Origin: an uncultured Deferribacteres bacterium
Lineage (GTDB): Bacteria; Zhuqueibacterota; Zhuqueibacteria; Zhuqueibacterales; Geothermadaptataceae
Direction of reading: 5' to 3'
Assembly: GCA_964014485.1 (NCBI GenBank)
Contig: CAXHAT010000210.1
Coordinates: forward strand, 1 to 13,155
DNA length: 13,155 nucleotides
The translations under genes and the position numbers were made by a program. This document shows, piece by piece, positions 7,141 to 13,155 of this stretch. Every line of letters starts with the position of its first letter. Position 1 is the stretch's first letter. Below the pieces are notes generated by a model that made no database searches, had not been told where the DNA came from, and saw only the letters and a program-made list of their open reading frames with translations.

Positions 7141-7284
7141 AGAGAGCATGTAGGAAGCCCTCCGATTTGTCATTCCGCAGGAATCCATTTAGGTCGCCGG
7201 GTAAAAAAATTCCTTCTACTTCGAAGGAAGAGATTTAAAAAAATGCTTCCAGCGTAAAAAATAAGGGTTTCCTAGATGCACTCT
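7141..7284. mobile_element. 144-bp MITE-like element, copy 1
   Basis: 21-bp terminal inverted repeats AGAGAGCATGTAGGAAGCCCT / AGGGTTTCCTAGATGCACTCT (18/21 pair) and a central TTCCTTC/GAAGGAA hairpin. Homologous to 8099-8242. Confidence 0.7.
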
Positions 7285-7330
7285 AATACAAAAACCCAAA
7301 TCATTAGTCGGGACGAGAGTGACACACGCA

Positions 7331-7795
7331 ATGGAACATCCGTGGAAGAAATCACATCAAGAACAAAAGATCCTGCTGTGCGATCAAAACCGTGAGTTCG
7401 CGAACGTTTTACAGAAAGTATTGTCGCGATCCGGATATCGAAGCTTTCTGGCTTACGACCTTTCAGAAGCGCATCAACTGTTAAACCAAATTGATTTTGA
7501 TTTGATGCTTCTTGGTTTAAACGGTCGGCAAATTGAATTGACGACGCTCGAGCCAATTCGAGACTTAACGGAAGTCGTAGACGTCATTGTGACCATGCAG
7601 TTCAGTGAAGATAGATTGAAACAAAATTTGATTTTGTCGGGGGTTAAGAAGGTTTTGGCAAAGCCAATTAAAAAAGACGATCTTTTGAGCGCGATTTCGT
7701 CATCGCTTAAGACGAAACGCGCTGATAACAAATACTCTATAAACGGGAAGGAGCCCGCAAGTCATGAAAAAGATCAAACCAAGACGTGCGGATGA
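7331..7795 (+). CDS. Single-domain response-regulator receiver-like protein, atypical (phospho-acceptor Asp absent)
   Basis: CheY-like pattern KILLCDQN...LSRSGY...A..L.EA...L....FDLMLLG...GVKKVLAKPIKKDDL. Start is either ATG 7331 or GTG 7319. Confidence 0.8.
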   Translation: MEHPWKKSHQEQKILLCDQNREFANVLQKVLSRSGYRSFLAYDLSEAHQLLNQIDFDLMLLGLNGRQIELTTLEPIRDLTEVVDVIVTMQFSEDRLKQNLILSGVKKVLAKPIKKDDLLSAISSSLKTKRADNKYSINGKEPASHEKDQTKTCG

Positions 7796-8099
7796 AGTTC
7801 TTGCAGAGTTAACCAAATTGCTTGACATCAAACCGGTCAAACGCTCCCCCCTTCCTTCCAAGGGCGGAAAGAAAATGCCAGATCCAAATTCAGAGAATTT
7901 ACCGGCTGATATCAATTTGCAGAGATTGCTGTTGTGGCTAAAAAATGAATTTGGCGAAGCCCGTATTAAAAAATTTGTAAGCGTATCGGCTCGCCAAAAG
8001 GCCGCTTCAAATGCACTAACCGGGTTGAAAAGGATGCATACGGAGTGGTCCGTTGAAATGGAGATTGAACGTTATCCGGAAGGACATTTCTTAGGTTAG
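7764..8099 (+). CDS. Hypothetical protein (111 aa)
   Basis: AAGGAG lies about 10 nt upstream of the ATG, and the ORF overlaps the preceding gene end. No recognisable domain. Confidence 0.6.
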   Translation: MKKIKPRRADEVLAELTKLLDIKPVKRSPLPSKGGKKMPDPNSENLPADINLQRLLLWLKNEFGEARIKKFVSVSARQKAASNALTGLKRMHTEWSVEMEIERYPEGHFLG

Positions 8100-8242
8100 G
8101 AGTATGTTTGGGAAGTCCCTGGCTTGTCATTCCGTAGGATTTTTTTTTAGGCCGCCAGGCATAAACGTTCCCGCAATTTTTGTGGAAACGTTTAAAAAAG
8201 AGGCTTCCAGCGTGACAATTTGGGGCTTTCCAAATACGCTCC
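8099..8242. mobile_element. 144-bp MITE-like element, copy 2
   Basis: TIRs GGAGTATGTTTGGGAAGTCCC / GGGGCTTTCCAAATACGCTCC (16 Watson-Crick + 4 G-T of 21), an inner TTGTCA/TGACAA pair and a central TAAACGTTCCCGCAA/TTGTGGAAACGTTTA hairpin. Shares TTGTCATTCCG, AGGNCGCC and GCTTCCAGCGT blocks with copy 1. Confidence 0.7.
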
Positions 8243-8597
8243 AAGTATGGTTTGCAGCGATGCTTAATAATTTTGCCTGATTACTGCATAGCCCTTTTCT
8301 TATAGCGATTCTCAAGGGTTTGGCTGTTTGCGTTGGCTCTTATCGAAGCTGTTATCTTCTTGATCGGAGCGGCTATTCATACGGCAAGAACTATTGCCTT
8401 ATCAATAGCACCTCCCTGAAAGCCGGGGCCGCGTTTATCCTGCCTGCGAATGTAATCTTGGAAAATTTTTGCAAGAACCGCTGCGTTTTATCTATGGCCG
8501 CTTTTTTGCGTTGCGGCGGAAAAATTCGCGACCGTTTTGGGCGGATTCCGAAGCGGTTTGGTTGGAGAGAGACCAGAACGAAAGGAGAATGAGGAAG

Positions 8598-9257
8598 ATG
8601 CTATTCACCCAAAAGGAGAAAAAAGAAATTCGTGCGCGGCTTGCTGAAATGCAAGACCCCGTTGAAATTGTCAACTTTACCGAAATGTTTGAAAGCGTTT
8701 TTATGCGAGAAACACGCGAAGTTCTTGAAGCTCTTACAGAGTTTTCAGGCCGCGTTAAATTGACCAGCCTCGATTTTAATGACGATAGCGACTTAGCTTC
8801 AAAATATGGCGTAGGCCAGTTGCCGGCGACTCTTTTGATCGGGGAAAAAGACTTTGGCGTCCGATATTACGGCATGTTGACAGGCTTTCAATTCCGCACG
8901 CTTTTGGACGATATTCTCATGATCTCACAGGGCGACTCGGGGTTGAAAACTCAGACAAGGGCAGGGTTAAAACAGATTGAAAGTAAGACGGCGGTTGACG
9001 TCTTCGTAACGACCACGAACAAAGCCGGAGCGCATGACGCCAGACTGGCCCATCAATTTGCAATGGAAAATGATTTCATATCATCAAATATGATTGAATT
9101 CTCAGGATTTCCTGACTTGGCGCAAAAATATCAAGTTTCCGATTCCCCCAAAACGGTGATTAACGGCTGGGGCATCCCTTATGAAAATATGAGCGAAGAG
9201 CTGCTATTATCCGAATTGACGCGATGCGCAAGTTATCAGATGAGCACGCTTTACTAG
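8598..9257 (+). CDS. Two-domain thioredoxin-fold protein disulfide oxidoreductase (PDO / AhpF N-terminal-like) homolog lacking both CxxC motifs
   Basis: Family pattern PVEIVNFT...RETREVLE...KYGV..LPATLLIGEKDFGVRYYG...G..F..L..DI..IS.GDSGL...VFVT.T......LAHQFAMEND.I...MIE...FPDLA.KYQV...PKTVIN. AAGGAG at 8582-8587 favours ATG 8598 over the track's start at 8469. Confidence 0.88.
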   Translation: MLFTQKEKKEIRARLAEMQDPVEIVNFTEMFESVFMRETREVLEALTEFSGRVKLTSLDFNDDSDLASKYGVGQLPATLLIGEKDFGVRYYGMLTGFQFRTLLDDILMISQGDSGLKTQTRAGLKQIESKTAVDVFVTTTNKAGAHDARLAHQFAMENDFISSNMIEFSGFPDLAQKYQVSDSPKTVINGWGIPYENMSEELLLSELTRCASYQMSTLY

Positions 9258-9307
9258 AAACAACCCGCGTGCTTAAGAAAGAAAGTTCTACCTGCTTCCC
9301 TCCCCCG

Positions 9308-9373
9308 CAAGACGCCCAACGAGTGTAGGCAAAACTCCCTGCAATGCCGCATTTGTTGGGCGCTTGTTTTTTT
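9308..9373 (+). terminator. Putative intrinsic terminator between convergent genes
   Basis: CAAGACGCCCAACGAGTG pairs with CATTTGTTGGGCGCTTG (with G-T pairs and a bulge) and is followed by a T7 run. The loop is long for a canonical terminator. Confidence 0.45.
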
Positions 9374-9389
9374 ACCGTGAACAAAAACT

Positions 9390-10706
9390 TTATTTTATGA
9401 TCAAAATCCGCGGATTCACTGGGTAAAGCCACTCCACCCCGCGATCCGTAACGAGAGCGTCGTCTTCGATTGGGATGCGCACCTTTTTTCCGCCCCATTC
9501 TTCCGCAGCGGTATAAGCAAAAAATTCAATGGACAACAAGTTCGTCGGCTTGACTTCAAACTGCAGGCGCACAGGATTAAACCAGGCAATCGAAGGCCCA
9601 ATGCCATGCCCCAAATTTCCCACGGAATGACAGCCGACAATAACGTCAGTCACCGAGCGATCTGCTGAAGGCTTGTTGAATTCCTTCATGACGGAGTAGC
9701 CCGCTTTTTCGATATTGGCGTTAATTCTGTCCAAATTCGCCTTCGCCGTCAGGCCGGGCGTTATGCTTCGCTTCACGACGTCGCGAACTTTGAGCGCAAC
9801 TTCAAAGGCGTTGCGAAAGCCTTCGGGCGCTTCCGTTTCTCCCTCCCGCAAAACGTAAGCAACGCGCTTCATGTCAGTGTAAAAATTGAGGTAACCCACG
9901 CCCCAGTCGATCATCAAAAGATCGCCGCGCTGAATAATGCGATCAGTTGAAGTAGCGGCAATTCCTTCGGGGCCCGTGACGTAAACCGAAGGCATCCCAA
10001 AAGAAGTGCCGAGGCCGTTCTCAAATTGCTGCTCTGACATCCACCACGCCACGTCTTCCAAAGTCGTGACGCCCGGCGTAATCACTTCGTTTGAAAAAGC
10101 GCGTTCGGCAATGTTGCGCGACATTTCGCCGGCTTCGCCAAACGCCACGATTTCGCTGGCGACGCGACGAGAGCGGAAATCTGAAACCAGCTTCTCCGCT
10201 GAAACAAGGCGCCCGCCATAGGTTTCGCCAAGCGTTTCAACCAAGTATTCGTAGCCGGTGTGTGAAAGTCCGTCCGCCCCGCCAATAGTTTTGGACATGT
10301 TGACGCCGATGCGCTTGGGATCACGTTCTTCGACGAACGACTTGAGTTCGTCCTTACCCAAAAACATGTCATAAGCGCCGCTTTGCTCAAGGTGATAACC
10401 GGAAATTCCAAGCACGGCGCGCTCAATGCGTTCGCCGCCTCGATCCGTAAAAACATAGAAACCAAAATTGGAAGTGTAACCATGGCCAAGGTCTGGGTAG
10501 AGCGGTTCGTAATGCCCCTCCTTGATCATCGTAATCCACATATCGATGTTGTTTTCACGCATCGCTTCCGGCAATATCAGATCAAATTTTTCTTGCCGAA
10601 TTTGCGCCATGCGCTCCCAGCGCCGCCGCGCTTCCTGAGCCGATAGAGATGACGCGATAAAAGCAAAGGCCATGAACACGAAAACAAATTTTTGAAGGGT
10701 GCGCAT
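9390..10706 (-). CDS. Secreted M24-family (Xaa-Pro aminopeptidase-like) metallopeptidase
   Basis: Signal peptide MRTLQKFVFVFMAFAFIASSLSA-Q. Candidate pita-bread metal ligands in IDWG, YTDM, HGIG, SIEF and IEDD. GGAG lies 7 nt before ATG 10706 (track start 10718). Confidence 0.88.
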   Translation of the reverse strand: MRTLQKFVFVFMAFAFIASSLSAQEARRRWERMAQIRQEKFDLILPEAMRENNIDMWITMIKEGHYEPLYPDLGHGYTSNFGFYVFTDRGGERIERAVLGISGYHLEQSGAYDMFLGKDELKSFVEERDPKRIGVNMSKTIGGADGLSHTGYEYLVETLGETYGGRLVSAEKLVSDFRSRRVASEIVAFGEAGEMSRNIAERAFSNEVITPGVTTLEDVAWWMSEQQFENGLGTSFGMPSVYVTGPEGIAATSTDRIIQRGDLLMIDWGVGYLNFYTDMKRVAYVLREGETEAPEGFRNAFEVALKVRDVVKRSITPGLTAKANLDRINANIEKAGYSVMKEFNKPSADRSVTDVIVGCHSVGNLGHGIGPSIAWFNPVRLQFEVKPTNLLSIEFFAYTAAEEWGGKKVRIPIEDDALVTDRGVEWLYPVNPRILIIK

Positions 10707-10759
10707 CCGAAACTCCATTCTAATCTTAAAACCGCCGACTTCTGCTTGTGATGAGAATG

Positions 10760-10788
10760 AGTATAATTTTCAACGCACGGAGAAACAA
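10760..10788 (-). promoter_or_regulatory. Candidate sigma70 promoter for the M24 peptidase gene
   Basis: Minus strand TTGTTT-17 nt-TATACT, about 50 nt upstream of the start. Confidence 0.4.
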
Positions 10789-10809
10789 TACAATTCTGAC
10801 TTTCGAGAG

Positions 10810-11352
10810 CTATGGCTTGAAACGAGAAACCGTTTTCCCAAGCAGAAAACCGGCAAACAAGGAGAGCATCACACCCAGGCCGAGTTTCATGAAAACGTCC
10901 CAAGTGGGTGAGATTTTCAGGTAGGAGTCTTTGGGATCGTCGGGGTTGTAAAAAACTTGCAGCACCGTCCCTGTCGGGAAAGCTTTGACCACCTTGCCGG
11001 CTGCATCCTGCCTGCTTCCTTTTCCCCCAAAAGCGGGCAGGTTCATATTTGAAACGCCGGTCAACGTGTCGCCCTGAATAATGTATTTGTACTGAATTTT
11101 CGGCGCTCTGTCACGCTCGGATGAGACAACAGACGAAATGATTTCACCGGAAACTATCGGCCAGGATTTCTTCAACTGCGCTTGCGACAACCCATCCGCG
11201 CCCAACCAAGTCAAAAAGCCGCCTGTTATCAAAATGGCGAGGGACAAGAGCAAAAATCTGGAAGTTATTCGAGAAAAGCGACGATTTCGGTGGAACACGG
11301 CGGAGATGATGAACGAAAAAAGCGGCGGAATAACAATTGTGGAAAAAATCAA
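10810..11352 (-). CDS. DUF3592-like membrane protein
   Basis: TM helices flank a soluble segment SWPIVSGEIISS...YKYIIQG...G....VFYNPDDPKDSYL, as seen in DUF3592. TTG start with an in-frame stop just upstream. Confidence 0.75.
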   Translation of the reverse strand: MIFSTIVIPPLFSFIISAVFHRNRRFSRITSRFLLLSLAILITGGFLTWLGADGLSQAQLKKSWPIVSGEIISSVVSSERDRAPKIQYKYIIQGDTLTGVSNMNLPAFGGKGSRQDAAGKVVKAFPTGTVLQVFYNPDDPKDSYLKISPTWDVFMKLGLGVMLSLFAGFLLGKTVSRFKP

Positions 11353-11371
11353 AATTCAAAAATCCGAAGAA

Positions 11372-12088
11372 TTATGCGTAGGCGCCGGTGTGTGCGGTTT
11401 CATTCTTGGCCAGGCTTTGAATAACGCCGGGCGCGATTTGTTTGTGCGCTTTTGTCAAAAGCGCCTCAAACGCGGCGGGGTTTTTATCTCGCAAACGTTT
11501 GAGAAACCAGGCGAGGCCTTGCTGAACGCTTATTTCAGCGTCATTCAGCACTGGCTCAAGAAATACGAAAGCGTCATCGGTTTCAAGCAGCACTCTTTCT
11601 TCAAAAGTCTGAGGGTTAAGATGAACGAGGCTGACTAACGTGGAGCGTCTCCGCCAGACGTCGCGGCTCCTGAGCCACGGCGCCATGCGCTTGACCAAGC
11701 CCGGCGCTTTAGCGAGCGCAACGGCGCGAACATGGCCGAGCCAGTCCGCCAAGACCCAATTATCGAGACTGTTCGTCCAGTGGTCTAACATGCCCCAAAG
11801 GTGCGCGTCAACCAAGTCTTCGGTGGCAAACATCAATTCCAAAGCGATGAGGCGCGCTTCAAAATAATCGCTTTCCCATAAATCTTGCAGCAGATTTAGC
11901 CAAACAAATTCTTCTTCCGCGGCGGGGAGCAACGGTTGCAGGGCATGCAGAATTTCCAGCAACTCCTTTCTCTCTACGCCGAGCACGTCTAGCTTGGTGC
12001 CGATATGATTTTTAAAAATCGCCGCTTTTTCGGCGTCTCTTTTGGCTAAAAGTGCGCGCTCAATTTCTTCAACCGAGAACTGACGCAT
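11372..12088 (-). CDS. DNA alkylation repair protein (AlkD-like HEAT-repeat family)
   Basis: LGV...L, LWES..FEARL.A, LDNWVLAD, WLRS.DVWRRR and D.E..VQ.GLAWFLK motifs. GAGGAG lies 6 nt before ATG 12088, which is favoured over the track start at 12184. Confidence 0.88.
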   Translation of the reverse strand: MRQFSVEEIERALLAKRDAEKAAIFKNHIGTKLDVLGVERKELLEILHALQPLLPAAEEEFVWLNLLQDLWESDYFEARLIALELMFATEDLVDAHLWGMLDHWTNSLDNWVLADWLGHVRAVALAKAPGLVKRMAPWLRSRDVWRRRSTLVSLVHLNPQTFEERVLLETDDAFVFLEPVLNDAEISVQQGLAWFLKRLRDKNPAAFEALLTKAHKQIAPGVIQSLAKNETAHTGAYA

Positions 12089-12161
12089 GGTCGTCTCCTC
12101 AACGATAAAATCACTGGATGCCTTTCGGGCGCTCCCTGCCCTGTCAAATGATGCGACTAAA

Positions 12162-12189
12162 AATATAACATTCAACCGCCGCAATGCAA
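12162..12189 (-). promoter_or_regulatory. Candidate sigma70 promoter (extended -10) for the AlkD-like/DUF3592 genes
   Basis: Minus strand TTGCAT-16 nt-TATATT with TG one base upstream of the -10 box. Confidence 0.45.
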
Positions 12190-12334
12190 TCGAATTTTTT
12201 GTACAATTTGGCCGTCAAACCCGCTCATCGCTCCCCTCTGCAGACGCCGCCCGACGTCCGTAGATTAGATGATTGTAGTCTTAAATCGTAGAGGTTTTTA
12301 TCAGGACATAATTCAACAAAAGGAGTTGCACCTC

Positions 12335-13027
12335 ATGAAAAAACTGATTTCCGCGCTCGTTATGCTCGGTCTGCTTTCTTCCTTCTCTTGCAAAAGCACG
12401 ATTTCGGGCACTGAATCCGAGCCGCCAGAAATACCGACCTTAGACGCAATTACCATCCCTTCGCCAACGGGTTTGCCGGCAGGCATGCAATCGCAAATTG
12501 CCACCGCGAATACTTTGGCGAGCTTTGGCTATACTTACCTGAGCGCTGTTACGGACGTTGACCCAACCTACGAAAACGGCGTTTGGACCTGGCAATTCAC
12601 CAACGGCGATTTGACCATCACCGTAACCGCCGCTGAACAAGACGATTCGACTTTGAATTGGACAGTCGTCGTTAACGGCAGCGTACCGAATCTCGGCCAG
12701 ACGTTTGACAACTGGACGGCGATCACCGGCACAAGCGCCGCTGACGGCACGGACGGTTCCTGGACAATTTACGAATTGAATGCAACGACGGTCGCCGGTA
12801 CGGCAACATGGTCGACAGACGATGAAGACGTTGTCACGATTGGTTTGGTAAGCAGCATTGTTTCGGTAGATTTCACCTCGACTTCCGACGGCAGCGCCGG
12901 AAACATGCAAATTTACCAAAACAGCGTAAAAACTTTCGAGGCTGAGTGGACGGCTTCCGGCGGAACCTGGACTTCATACAACCAGACATCCGGCGAACAG
13001 GCCGACACAGGCTCCTGGACAAATTAG
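12335..13027 (+). CDS. Hypothetical Thr/Ser-rich, acidic, beta-rich lipoprotein
   Basis: AAGGAG RBS, a type II signal peptide MKKLISALVMLGLLSSFS-C, then a Pro-rich linker and repeated WT/W-containing beta strands. Confidence 0.85.
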   Translation: MKKLISALVMLGLLSSFSCKSTISGTESEPPEIPTLDAITIPSPTGLPAGMQSQIATANTLASFGYTYLSAVTDVDPTYENGVWTWQFTNGDLTITVTAAEQDDSTLNWTVVVNGSVPNLGQTFDNWTAITGTSAADGTDGSWTIYELNATTVAGTATWSTDDEDVVTIGLVSSIVSVDFTSTSDGSAGNMQIYQNSVKTFEAEWTASGGTWTSYNQTSGEQADTGSWTN

Positions 13028-13095
13028 CATTCCAAAAATAGTTTAAATAACTGATGTTACGCGCCAGCTATGAAGCCAAAGAAACTCCTGTTAAA

Positions 13096-13155
13096 GTCAG
13101 TCCCGCGCAGGCGGGAATCCAGGGGCTGCGCACGATTGACTGGATTCCCGCCTGC
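13096..13155. repeat. dRS3/REP-like palindromic repeat (truncated by the window end)
   Basis: GTCAGTCCCGCGCAGGCGGGAATCCAG...CTGGATTCCCGCCTGC has a perfect 16-bp inverted repeat (13107-13122 / 13140-13155). The left arm also has its own TCCCGC-GCAG-GCGGGA hairpin. Confidence 0.85.

Noticed and set aside
8469..8597. N-terminal extensions in track ORFs (PDO from 8469; likewise AlkD-like from 12184 and lipoprotein from 12269)
   Set aside because: Downstream ATGs have clear RBSs and coincide with the start of family homology or the signal peptide.

Overview
Bacterial chromosomal window; gene order and protein styles suggest an FCB-group-like organism (inference only). The left half is a minus-strand cbb3-type cytochrome c oxidase cluster in the order ccoI-ccoS-ccoNO(fused)-ccoQ-ccoP-ccoG (truncated at the window edge). 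The supplied ORF track misses ccoS, ccoQ and ccoG, which I translated by hand. The right half holds an atypical receiver-domain protein lacking the phospho-Asp, a small hypothetical gene, a two-domain protein disulfide oxidoreductase homolog that has lost both CxxC motifs, a secreted M24 peptidase, a DUF3592-like membrane protein, an AlkD-like protein and a Thr-rich lipoprotein. The most striking signal is five distinct families of palindromic or structured repeats. (1) Two four-hairpin REPIN-like elements conserve structure through compensatory changes. (2) TGGA-octamer tracts start 3-6 nt after three cco stop codons, and one forms a symmetric 112-nt foldback. (3) A G/C-rich palindrome is translated in frame inside ccoI. 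(4) Two 144-bp MITE-like elements bracket the pseudo-receiver/hypothetical gene pair. (5) A dRS3/REP-like palindrome sits at the right edge. No transposase is present in the window.
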